Shown piece after piece: positions 10,023 to 19,095 of a stretch of 64,000 nt of DNA. The notes beneath the pieces were generated by a model. The model saw only the letters and a list, made by a program, of their open reading frames with translations. It searched no databases and was not told the origin of the DNA. A program made the translations under genes and the position numbers. This DNA comes from Pirellulales bacterium. GTDB lineage: Bacteria; Planctomycetota; Planctomycetia; Pirellulales; JAICIG01. Within the stretch, counting starts at the first letter, position 1. The number at the start of each line of letters is the position of its first letter. The stretch covers positions 255,943-319,942 of the forward strand of contig JBBDYJ010000025.1 in NCBI GenBank assembly GCA_040901675.1, given 5' to 3'.

Positions 10023-10436
10023 ATGCTCAACGCACAAGAGATACAGGGGCACTGGGATATGCTCCGGGGCAAGGTCAAGGAGAAATGGGGCCAGTTGACC
10101 GACGACGACTTGCAGATCGTGGGCGGCAACGTCGACCAGCTCGTCGGGCGGATCCAGCAGAAGACCGGCCAGCAAAGGCGTGAAATCGAGTCGTTCCTCG
10201 ACGACCTGCTCAGCCAGTCAGGGATCAGCCGGGCCAAGGAGGCCGTGGCCGGCTATGTCCAGCAATCCGCCCAGCAAGTGCAAGAGGGCTACGAGCACGT
10301 GGCCAACCATGCCCGCGAAGGCTATGCCAAGGCCGGGCAGATGGTCGAGCGGCACCCGGCCGAATCCATGGCCGCGGTATTGGGCCTGGGCATCATCGCC
10401 GGCGTGGCGGTGGGCTTGATGTTGCGATCGGATTAG
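10023..10436 (+). CDS. CsbD/YjbJ-family stress protein with C-terminal DUF883-like membrane anchor
   Basis: IQGHWDMLRGKVKEKWGQLTDDDLQIVGGNVDQLVGRIQQKTG, then VERHPAESMAAVLGLGIIAGVAVGLML. Confidence 0.88.
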   Translation: MLNAQEIQGHWDMLRGKVKEKWGQLTDDDLQIVGGNVDQLVGRIQQKTGQQRREIESFLDDLLSQSGISRAKEAVAGYVQQSAQQVQEGYEHVANHAREGYAKAGQMVERHPAESMAAVLGLGIIAGVAVGLMLRSD

Positions 10437-10520
10437 CGGCCCGCTCGGCGGCGTACGTGCGCCGCGGCCTGGCTGCTGGTAGAACTGAAACCGACGGACC
10501 ACTACGAAGGGATCAAGGCA

Positions 10521-10838
10521 ATGACAGCACCCAACGAACGACTTGGCCAATACCCCCGGGACATGGGGGGTCATACTCTTTACGAGGAAGCTTCGGGCAG
10601 AGTCAGCGAGGCATGGCATCAGAGCGAGGATCTGGTGCGGCGTCATCCGGCTTCGTCGGCGCTGGTGACGTTCGGGGTCGGCTTCGGCCTGGGACTGCTG
10701 CTGACGACGATGCTGCTGCCCGAGCGGCGGCGGAGCTGGCGCGAGTCGTACATACCGGAAGGTTTCTCGCGGCGCCGCATGAGCGACGCGGTCTCGCGCA
10801 TGCTGCCCGACGCCTTGGCACGGTACCTGGGCAAGTAG
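10521..10838 (+). CDS. Small ElaB/YqjD(DUF883)-like membrane-anchored protein
   Basis: LVRRHPASSALVTFGVGFGLGLLL anchor motif. Confidence 0.7.
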   Translation: MTAPNERLGQYPRDMGGHTLYEEASGRVSEAWHQSEDLVRRHPASSALVTFGVGFGLGLLLTTMLLPERRRSWRESYIPEGFSRRRMSDAVSRMLPDALARYLGK

Positions 10839-10950
10839 CCGGGCGGCCGGTCCCGGCGGGCCGGTCCGAGTTGATTCCCGTGTCCAGGTCCGCCGGTCCG
10901 AGTCGATTCCGGTCAGGCTTCGATCTTACTTACTTCGAGGGAGGAGACGC

Positions 10951-11136
10951 ATGGCACAAGCAGCTCAGTCCAAGCAGGAACAGTCCCAAAGCCGGACGGG
11001 CCAACTCCGCAAGGAGGCGGCCCCCAACGACCTGATGCACTACCTGAGACAGTACGCCGAGGAGAATCCGACCTCGGCGGCGATGTGGTGTTTCGGCATC
11101 GGCTTCGTGCTGGGTTGGAAGCTGAAGCCGTGGTAG
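10951..11136 (+). CDS. Small tail-anchored hypothetical protein
   Basis: Strong RBS (gagggaggag). YAEENPTSAAMWCFGIGFVLGWKLKPW resembles the DUF883 anchor. Confidence 0.78.
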   Translation: MAQAAQSKQEQSQSRTGQLRKEAAPNDLMHYLRQYAEENPTSAAMWCFGIGFVLGWKLKPW

Positions 11137-11205
11137 CAGCCGGGAGAACCTCGGCGACAGACTTTCGTTCTTTTCACACTTTAATCACATACGGAGGGTG
11201 ATTCG

Positions 11206-11703
11206 ATGGCACTCCATAGCTTGGAAGATCTCTTTGTGCACGAGTTGCGGGATTTGTATAGCGCGGAGAAGCAGCTCCTCAAGGCGCTGCCCAAGATGGC
11301 CAAGGCCGCTTCGTCGGCCAACCTCAGACAGGGTTTCGAGGAGCACCTGCTGCAGACGGAGAGCCAGGTGGAACGCCTGGAGCAGATCTTCGAGCAACTG
11401 GGCAAGACGGCGCGGGGCACGAAATGCGTGGCGATGGAAGGCCTGATCGAGGAAGGCAAGAAGCTGATGGAGGAAGATGCCGAGCCACCGGTGGGCGACG
11501 CGGCCTTGATCGCCGCGGCGCAGAAGGTCGAACACTACGAGATCGCGGGGTATGGCACGGTACGGACGTTCGCCAACCTGCTGGGTTACTCCGACGCCGA
11601 GGAGTTGCTGCAGCAGACGCTCGACGAAGAGAAGCAAACCGACGAGCGGCTGACTGAGTTGGCCGAATCGGAAATCAACGTCCAGGCCACGCATCGAGAG
11701 TAG
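11206..11703 (+). CDS. yciF: YciE/YciF ferritin-like stress protein (DUF892)
   Basis: LEDLFVHELRDLYSAEKQ, HLLQTESQVERLEQIF, AAQKVEHYEIAGYG, TLDEEKQTDERL. Confidence 0.92.
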   Translation: MALHSLEDLFVHELRDLYSAEKQLLKALPKMAKAASSANLRQGFEEHLLQTESQVERLEQIFEQLGKTARGTKCVAMEGLIEEGKKLMEEDAEPPVGDAALIAAAQKVEHYEIAGYGTVRTFANLLGYSDAEELLQQTLDEEKQTDERLTELAESEINVQATHRE

Positions 11704-11726
11704 GCGGCGAACCCAAAGCGCGCCGT

Positions 11727-13184
11727 ATGACACCGACCGATCCCGCAGCACCGCTCGCCGGCGACACATCGCGGCCCGGGGCCGGCCAGGCTCAGCCCCG
11801 GGCCGGCGCCCGCTTCCAGCCGGCAGGCTCCCCCTGGAAAAAGCCGTGGCTGGCAGCGGCGGCCGCGGTCGCCGGCGGGCTGGCAGCGGCGGCGGTGCTG
11901 CGTTCGGCGCGTGGTCAAAAACAGGCGGGTCGCGGGCCGCAGCCGCTGGCCTACGAGCGGGTGGGACCGACGGACCACTTGCGGCCCCCGGCACCCGCTC
12001 GGCCCCGCCGCCCGATAAAGCCCGCCCGGCAGGTCAGGCCGGGTCGCAAAAAGCCCAGAGTTGTGCGGTCGGTGCAGCGTAGAGTCGCGCGGATGATGAT
12101 GGCCGCGGTCAAGGTCCTGCTGCACGGCGTGCTGCTGGCAACGGTCGTTCCGAAGGCTGTCAAGCGGCGCCGAGGCGATGCGCGTGCGTCGTTGGCGACC
12201 GCGCATCATCCCGCGCAACACCGTGTGGGCGGCGGCCGCCCGCGACGCTGGCAGCGGCGCGAAGCGATGCAGGGCCGCTCGTGGTGGGGCCTGATCAAGG
12301 AGACGTATCACGTTTGGCTCGCGGACAAGGCGCCGCGCTTGGGTGCCGCCCTGGCGTATTACACGGTATTCTCGCTGGCGCCGATCCTGGTCATTGTCCT
12401 GGCCGTGGTGGGTTTGGTTTACGGGGAGGAAGCCGCCCAGGGTGAAATCCACCAGCAGTTGGCGGGCTTCCTGGGGGAGGACGCCGCCAAGGGGGTCGAA
12501 GAGATGGTCGCCGCGGCCCGCAAGCCGATGTCGGGCACGGTGGCGATCGTGCTGGGCGTGGGCGCTTTGTTGTTCGGTGCCTCCGGCGTGTTCGGCCAGT
12601 TGAAGGACGCCATGAACACGATCTGGGAGGTGGAGCCCAAGCCGGGCCGCGGAATCTGGGGCACGATCAAGGACCGCTTTCTCTCGTTCGCGATGGTGCT
12701 GGGGATCGGCTTCTTGCTGCTGGTGTCGCTGGCGCTGAGCACGGCCCTGGCCGCCCTGGGCCGATTTGCCGGCAGCGTGATTCCCTTGCCGGAGGTAGTG
12801 ATGCACGCGCTGAACCTGGCCGTCTCGTTCGGCGTGATCACGCTGTTGTTCGCCATGATCTTCAAGCTGCTGCCCGACGTCGACATCGCCTGGAGCGACG
12901 TGTGGGTCGGGGCGGCGGCCACGGCGCTGTTGTTCACGATCGGCAAGTACTTGTTCGGCCTGTACCTGGGTCAGGCCTCGGTTGCCTCCAGCTACGGCGC
13001 GGCCGGATCGCTGATCGTGGTGATGCTGTGGGCGTATTACTCGGCGCAGATTCTCTTTTTCGGCGCCGAGTTCACGCAGGTCTACGCCCGCGCCTACGGC
13101 TCGCGAATTCGTCCCGTGCCCGGCGCCCAGCCCGTCGCCGCCGAATCCCGCGCCCGACAGGGGATGCCCATCAAGAAAGGCTGA
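11727..13184 (+). CDS. YihY/BrkB-family membrane protein with long Arg/Pro-rich N-terminal extension
   Basis: DKAPRLGAALAYYTVFSLAP, SSYGAAGSLIVVMLWAYYSAQILFFGAE. An alternative start at ATG 12267 gives the core domain only. Confidence 0.88.
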   Translation: MTPTDPAAPLAGDTSRPGAGQAQPRAGARFQPAGSPWKKPWLAAAAAVAGGLAAAAVLRSARGQKQAGRGPQPLAYERVGPTDHLRPPAPARPRRPIKPARQVRPGRKKPRVVRSVQRRVARMMMAAVKVLLHGVLLATVVPKAVKRRRGDARASLATAHHPAQHRVGGGRPRRWQRREAMQGRSWWGLIKETYHVWLADKAPRLGAALAYYTVFSLAPILVIVLAVVGLVYGEEAAQGEIHQQLAGFLGEDAAKGVEEMVAAARKPMSGTVAIVLGVGALLFGASGVFGQLKDAMNTIWEVEPKPGRGIWGTIKDRFLSFAMVLGIGFLLLVSLALSTALAALGRFAGSVIPLPEVVMHALNLAVSFGVITLLFAMIFKLLPDVDIAWSDVWVGAAATALLFTIGKYLFGLYLGQASVASSYGAAGSLIVVMLWAYYSAQILFFGAEFTQVYARAYGSRIRPVPGAQPVAAESRARQGMPIKKG

Positions 13185-13252
13185 CCGGAGGGCGGCGCCG
13201 CCTGGGAATCGGCCGATGGTCAACCCAATTTCGCGGACGCGGTTCTTGCCGA

Positions 13253-15961
13253 TCAACCGTCCGGCAAGGACTCGACGCTTACCTTCACGTCCGTCATTCG
13301 CCCCGGATCGAGCGACACGTTTTCGAACGTGACCCAATGCCGGTACAGCCGCAGGCCGTACTCGAAGCGGACGACGCGGTCTCGCGCGACGGGGTAGAGA
13401 TACGCCGCGAAGCCCGGACGCCCTCCGGCTTGGATGGGGTCGTGTCGCTGGCCGTCTTTGTCGATGGCCACGGGCGCCGTTTCGTGAACGAACGGCCCGG
13501 TTCCGCGCCGCACTTCTTTCAGCAGCAGTTGTGTCTGACCCTTGATTTCCTCGGTGCGGACCGGTTGCACGAGCTCATCCGCCTGCCTCAGGGCCGGCTC
13601 GGCGGGATCTTCGCCCAGCTTCTTGCCGTCGAGGCCAAATGATCGCACGTGCTCCGGCAGCTCATCCATGCCGACTCGCAGCGTCACCGTCTTGACGTGG
13701 TGCGTCGAGATCGGAGGGAGTTCCGCGGCTCGAAACTCGGTCGGCTCGTAAATGACTGCTCGATGCACCGCATCGACGTACGGCTCGTAGCCAAACTGAT
13801 ATCCGAAGAGTTCGTCTCGCTTGGGCAGTCCGGTGATGCGAACCGCGAACTCGCGACATTCGTTCTGTCGCGCGTCGGCGTTGATCTCCGTGAAAGCGAC
13901 CTGCCGGCGATTGGGATCAAGTGGAACCCCGGCCAGCCGACTTCCGTCGGCCCGCCACCAGTCGTTTCGCTTCCCCTTGTGATAGGTAACTCCCAGCAGC
14001 TCCACCTTGGCCCCGTTGGGCAACATGGCTGCATATCGCTGCGGCGGCGCCTCAAGCTTCGTGACTTCGGCTCTCACCTGCGTCGCATGTCCCGGCTGGA
14101 GAGCAACGTCGCGAAAGGTGACTTCATGCGTGTACCAGCGGAAACGGATTCGTACCTTGGCGAGGCGGTCCTGTGGGCAACGAAAGATCAAGCCACGGGC
14201 GCCGCCATCGGCGACCGTGATGCCATACAACTCGACCTGGTTGCCGTCGAGGTCCTCTCCGATGACTTCGTGATGTGCCCGAAGTTCGAAGTTCACCGGA
14301 TAGAGGAGATCGACCTGCGTGGTTCCGTCCGTTAGTTCCCGGACTCGCCGCAATAGGGCCGTGCCGTCCTCTGCCTCTTCCTCTGGCTGCGGCGTCTCCC
14401 GTTGGAGGTCGATCACCTGGTACGGATGCCACGGGGCCACCGCCAGGCGTACCAAAACGTCCCTTTGCTTCTCCCCTTTTGGGAATCCCGCGGATACCGC
14501 CCGAATCAAAGTCACCTTGTTCGCGGACTGCGCGTCGTCCTTGAAGTTCCAATAGGTCGACCACGGGCCAAGCTTGCGGCCGGGGGCGAAATCGACCCAG
14601 GCGTGCACATCCCTCCCCGCTCCAGTGATCTCTAGCGCCAATTCCCGATGTTCTCCCTCATCGTGCACCCGCGTTTGCGAGTACTTCCAGCGGCTCGCGA
14701 GGGGGTCGCCCGCAAGCGCGCCGCCCTCAGGCTTCCACCAGGGCTGATTCGCGGACGGCTGATACGACGCGCCCAGCAGCGTGACTTGAATGCCGTCTTC
14801 CAGCGCGGCGGTCGCTCCTTGCGATGCCTTTTCGTCATCGGCCCGCGTCGAGGTCCAAATCCCCGCGGCGATGATCACCAGCGCCAATAGACCACAGCCG
14901 AAGACGCCGTCCGCACTCAACGCTCGCTCGGACCGCTCCGGGGCGAAGAGACGCCGCACGCGATCCTGCAGCGAGCCGCTTCGAACGCCCAGGGCCAGGG
15001 CCGGCGCCGCGCCGCGGAGCTCTTCGATCGCCAACAACGCTCGGCCGTACGCGACGCGGTTCCCAAGCGCCGCCACCGCCAGGTCGTCGCAACAGTTCTC
15101 CCGCTCGATCCGAATCCGGTGCGACAGCCACCACACCGCGGGATGGTAAAAGAACACCGTTTCAACAAGCGTCTGCACTAGGTTCACCAAGAAGTCGTGC
15201 CGCCGAACGTGCGCCAACTCGTGAGCCAGGATTGCTTCCAGTTGTGAGGTCGGGACACCGCTGAGAACGCTCGTGGGCAGCAAAATTACTGGCCGCAGAT
15301 AGCCGATCACGACCGGCACTGGAGTCAGCGTCGATTGCAGAATCTGCACCGCATGTCGCAGCCGGAGCCGTTCGGCCGTCTGCTTCAGCATCGCCGCCAC
15401 GGCGGCCGGTACCGGCGAAACCCCGACCGAACGCAAGCGACGCACGGTGTGCCAGCTCAACAGTGGCCGCAGCCCAAACGTGACGACGCCCAGGCACCAA
15501 ATGGCCACGATGGACCGAAGCCATGGCTTCAGGCCTGCTTCCACCGACGCCCACCATCGACCCCTGACGAACCCTCCCTGGATCAGGCCGTCCGAATCGC
15601 CGCGCCGTTCGGTGAGCGGCGACCCGGAGTCCAATAAGTCCGAAGCGGCTGCCGTGGCAGGACCGCCATCGACGAGTGGCCCGGTTGATTCACGTGGCTC
15701 CCGAACGCCTTGATCTGAAACAATTCCCATGCCAGCGACTCCAGCACCCGCCGGCAAGTTAAGCCAGGTCAAAGCCGGCCACGCCACCATCCCCGCCAGT
15801 GTGACAAGCAGCGTCCAATACCGGGCCGTCGCCGAGCAGCGAGCCATCGCACGCTGGCTTGCGATCGCGACGAGCGCGACAAGCGCGAACTCCCAGGCCG
15901 AGTGCACCAACACCCAACCAAGTCGCTCAATAGCCGATGTTGGAAGTTGAAATGCGTTCAT
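13253..15961 (-). CDS. BlaR1/MecR1-like M56 metallopeptidase with duplicated C-terminal sensor region
   Basis: LGWVLVHSAW, ILAHELAHVRRHD (HExxH), FFYHPAVWW, ERENCCDD, LQDRVRRL. Confidence 0.92.
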   Translation of the reverse strand: MNAFQLPTSAIERLGWVLVHSAWEFALVALVAIASQRAMARCSATARYWTLLVTLAGMVAWPALTWLNLPAGAGVAGMGIVSDQGVREPRESTGPLVDGGPATAAASDLLDSGSPLTERRGDSDGLIQGGFVRGRWWASVEAGLKPWLRSIVAIWCLGVVTFGLRPLLSWHTVRRLRSVGVSPVPAAVAAMLKQTAERLRLRHAVQILQSTLTPVPVVIGYLRPVILLPTSVLSGVPTSQLEAILAHELAHVRRHDFLVNLVQTLVETVFFYHPAVWWLSHRIRIERENCCDDLAVAALGNRVAYGRALLAIEELRGAAPALALGVRSGSLQDRVRRLFAPERSERALSADGVFGCGLLALVIIAAGIWTSTRADDEKASQGATAALEDGIQVTLLGASYQPSANQPWWKPEGGALAGDPLASRWKYSQTRVHDEGEHRELALEITGAGRDVHAWVDFAPGRKLGPWSTYWNFKDDAQSANKVTLIRAVSAGFPKGEKQRDVLVRLAVAPWHPYQVIDLQRETPQPEEEAEDGTALLRRVRELTDGTTQVDLLYPVNFELRAHHEVIGEDLDGNQVELYGITVADGGARGLIFRCPQDRLAKVRIRFRWYTHEVTFRDVALQPGHATQVRAEVTKLEAPPQRYAAMLPNGAKVELLGVTYHKGKRNDWWRADGSRLAGVPLDPNRRQVAFTEINADARQNECREFAVRITGLPKRDELFGYQFGYEPYVDAVHRAVIYEPTEFRAAELPPISTHHVKTVTLRVGMDELPEHVRSFGLDGKKLGEDPAEPALRQADELVQPVRTEEIKGQTQLLLKEVRRGTGPFVHETAPVAIDKDGQRHDPIQAGGRPGFAAYLYPVARDRVVRFEYGLRLYRHWVTFENVSLDPGRMTDVKVSVESLPDG

Positions 15962-16347
15962 GACTGCTTCCCCTCCATTTCGTCAAGGAGCCGCCGGACT
16001 TCGGCCAGTTCTTCTCGGCTCGCCGCTGCCGAGGCGAGCGCGTGCAGCACAAGACTCATCGCTGAGCCGTCGTAAACCTTTTCGATCAGCTCGTTGACCA
16101 GTCGCTTTCCCGCCTTGTCGCGGGTGAGCGTGGGCCGATAGACGTGCGGCTGAGCCTCTTCGTCCCGCTTGACCAGCCCCTTCTGCAACATGACCGAAAG
16201 CATTTTCACGGTCGTGGAGTAGTTGGTCCCTTTGGCCTCGTTCAGCCGCTGATGAATGTCCCGCACAGGACTTGGGCCCAGCTCCCACAGAATCCGCAGG
16301 ATCTGCAGCTCCACCTCGGTGGGCTGTGGAGAACCCGGCCGTCGCAT
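15958..16347 (-). CDS. BlaI/MecI/CopY-family repressor
   Basis: PTEVELQILRILWELGPSPVRDI, YSTTVKML..KGLVKRD. Its stop overlaps the M56 start. ATG 16347 follows a GGAG RBS. Confidence 0.93.
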   Translation of the reverse strand: MRRPGSPQPTEVELQILRILWELGPSPVRDIHQRLNEAKGTNYSTTVKMLSVMLQKGLVKRDEEAQPHVYRPTLTRDKAGKRLVNELIEKVYDGSAMSLVLHALASAAASREELAEVRRLLDEMEGKQS

Positions 16348-16455
16348 GAAGCGTGCTCCTTTCGTTGCCCCCTCTTTTCTCGTCGCCTCCCGCCAATCAA
16401 CGCGCCAGCCGGCGCTCGGCATCGAGAACAACGTGAAAGCGAAACCTGTCGCCAC

Positions 16456-16508
16456 AGTGTAGCGAAGACTTTCGCTACGTCAAGACTTTTTGGCGAAAAT
16501 CTTCGCCA
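16456..16508 (-). promoter_or_regulatory. sigma70 promoter of blaI-blaR1 with two palindromic operator-like sites
   Basis: Minus strand TTGACG(16483-16478)-N16-TACACT(16461-16456). Palindromes GTAGCGAA-gact-TTCGCTAC (16459-16478) and TGGCGAA-aatc-TTCGCCA (16491-16508). Confidence 0.75.
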
Positions 16509-16637
16509 CCCGGCCGCCCGCTGCCGTTTGGGACAACTGAATGGCTTGCGAAAGCCTGCGGGCTGGAGGAAACTAACGCCTGTTCCTTCATGTCAGGTAG
16601 CCCTCACGCTCTGCGCGAGGAAGCTACAAAAAAGGGA

Positions 16638-17669
16638 ATGGCGATGACCGGTTTGCAGCAAAAACATGGCCGAATGTTTTTTGCCGCAAGCTTGGCGCTG
16701 GTCGTTGCCGCGGACATGGCGCGCGCCGAGTCGGGCATCGACAGCGGCGGCGACGAAGCGGCACGCATCGAATTCTTCGAGAAGAAGGTGCGGCCCATCC
16801 TGGCTGACAATTGCTATAACTGCCACTCGGCCAATACCAATTCCCAAGGCGAGCTGCGGGTCGACGACCGCAACGGTCTGATCCACGGCGGAGCCAGCGG
16901 GCCGGCGGTTGTGCCCGGCCGGCCCGACGAGAGCCTGCTGATCCAGGCGGTCCGCTATCAAGGTTTTGAAATGCCGCCTGAGAAGCGGCTCTCCGAACAA
17001 GAGATTGCCGACCTGGTGACATGGATCCGGGACGGTGCCGCATGGCCCAAGGTGAAATTCTCCGCCCCAATCGGCAGGTCCAACGAGAAGTATGACCGCC
17101 TGCGGCGAGAACACTGGGCCTGGCAGCCGCTGGGCGACGTCGAGCCGCCAGATACCGCCGATGCCGCATGGGCACGTGACGATGCCGACCGCTTCATCCT
17201 GGCCAGGCTGGAAGAGAAGGGTCTGCGGCCGGTCGGCGATGCGGACAAGCCGACGCTGATCCGCCGCGTGACCTTCGATCTGACCGGCCTGCCGCCGACG
17301 CCCGATGAAATCGACGCCTTCGTCGCGGACGGCTCGCCAAACGCCTTCGAGACGGTCGTCGATCGCCTGCTGGCATCGTCGGCATTCGGCGAGCGCTGGG
17401 GCCGCCATTGGCTCGACGTCGCCCGCTACGGCGAGTCGACCGGCTCGGCGCGCAACGTCCCGTATCCGCACGCCTGGCGGTACCGCGACTATGTCATCGA
17501 GGCTTTCAACCCGACAAGCCCTACGACCAATTCCTCCGTGAGCAGATTGCCGGTGATTTGCTCCCCGCAAACTCGCCGGACGAAAAGGCCCGGCAGTTGG
17601 TCGCGACCGGCTTTCTGGCACTGGGCGTGAAAGACGTCAACCAGCGGTACAAGGTCCGATTCGTGATGG
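16638..17669 (+). pseudogene. Planctomycete cytochrome c / DUF1549 protein, frameshifted and truncated
   Basis: [41 protein letters not shown]. One base is missing at about 17510 (IEAFN | [19 protein letters not shown] continues in another frame). Similarity ends at about 17669 and there is no DUF1553 part. Confidence 0.82.
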
Positions 17670-18540
17670 TTTGGGAACGGAGAACCAGGATCTGCCCGGC
17701 TACATCACGATCAACCCGTCGCCGAACTTTGGCGGCGTGGTGAACTACGGCAGCGCCTTTCTGCCGGCGCACTTCCAAGGGACCAAGATCGACGACAGCG
17801 GCTATGTTCGGAACCTGAAGCCGCCGACCGCGCCGTCGCTGCAGCGCAAGCAGCTCGACCTCGTGCAAGCGATGAACCGCGACCTGGCCGCGGCGCCGGG
17901 CGCGCCGGACCAGTTGGACGGGATCATCGAATCGTATGAGCTGGCGTTCAAGATGCAGGGGAAGGTGCCGGAGATACTGGATATTTCCCGGGAGCCGCAG
18001 CACGTGCTCGACGCCTACGGCGTGAAGCCCGGACCCGCGGGCAGCTTTGCGCGGCAGTGCTTGATGGCCCGGCGGCTGAGCGAGTCGGGCGTGCGGTTCG
18101 TGGAGATCTGCCAGCCAGGATGGGACCACCACAGCAATCTGCACAAGGGGCTCATTGAGAACTGCGCCGCCGTCGACCAGCCGGCCGCCGCCTTGCTCAC
18201 CGATCTACAGCGGCGTGGAATGCTGGAAAACACGCTGGTCCTCTTCGGCAGCGAGTTCGGGCGGCTGCCCACGGCACAAGGTCCGGACGGCCGCGACCAC
18301 AACATCACCGGCTATCCCATGTGGCTGGCCGGAGCCGGCGTGAAGGAGGGCTGCTCATACGGCGGCACCGACGACTACGGCCTGCACGCCATCGAGGGGC
18401 GGATGCACATTACTGACCTGCACGCCACGCTGCTGGCCCTGATGGGGCTGGACCACGAGAAGCTGACTTACCGCTATGCCGGCCGCGATTTCCGCCTCAC
18501 CGACGTGGCCGGCGACGTGGCGGAGGAAATAATCAATTAA
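17668..18540 (+). pseudogene. C-terminal part of a DUF1501 protein (5' part missing)
   Basis: Begins abruptly at [11 protein letters not shown], which corresponds to the internal YGLGSESQNLPA of the intact paralogue at 22346. Continues QCLMARRL, SEFGRLP, RDFRLTDVAG. Confidence 0.82.
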
Positions 18541-18696
18541 ACAGGCTGGAGACCTGAGGCTGGAGACTGGAGGACGAAATACTCGACTGATCGCGCCATG
18601 CGCGGCAGCGGGCACAGGCTGGACAGCTCGCGCACCGGTGAGCAGAACCCACCTCTGCGGTTAATACCAACCGGACGCAACGGCGCTAGCTCCTTA

Positions 18697-18987
18697 GCCC
18701 GCGAAGCGGGCGGTAGTCCATAGCCGGGCGGCGTAAGCCCCCGGTTGCCGAACCAACACCCCTGTCTTAAGCCCCGAAGGGGGCGACAGTTCTCTTCCAC
18801 GGCCGACGACCCACCGCGCTACGCCCAGTATTTGGGATTTTGGGACAACGTCGACGCAACGCACCGAACACCTTGCGACGCCATTTTTGGGAAACGCAAT
18901 TGCGCCAGAATCACTTTCGCCCCCTTCGAGGGCTTTACGACGGCGCCGGGGGGGGGCGCGCTGCCGGGGGCTTACGCACCCCGGCTA
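18697..18987. repeat. Inverted pair of REP family-B-related elements
   Basis: 18697-18790 gcccgcgaagcgggcg..tagccgggcggcgtaagcccccgg..gccccgaagggggcgaca, and inverted partner 18915-18987 tttcgcccccttcgagggc..ccgggggcttacgcaccccggcta. Confidence 0.65.
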
Positions 18988-19095
18988 TTGTGCCGTCAAA
19001 GTTGACCGCGCCTGGCATCCCTTGCCTACTCCCCACGCTCCCCTCACCCGTGTAAACTGGTTGATGCGTCTGCGGGGCGAAACTGGGGGAACGAA

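Noticed and set aside
13253..18540. Integrative element or prophage carrying blaI/blaR1
   Set aside because: Codon usage looks somewhat atypical, but I found no integrase, transposase, att-like direct repeats or phage genes.
18948..18956. G9 homopolymer as a phase-variation tract
   Set aside because: It lies in the variable part of a REP-like element, not in a CDS or an identifiable promoter spacer.
19012..19027. TGGCAT..TTGC as a sigma54 promoter for 19096
   Set aside because: GG-to-GC spacing is 8 nt instead of the required 10.
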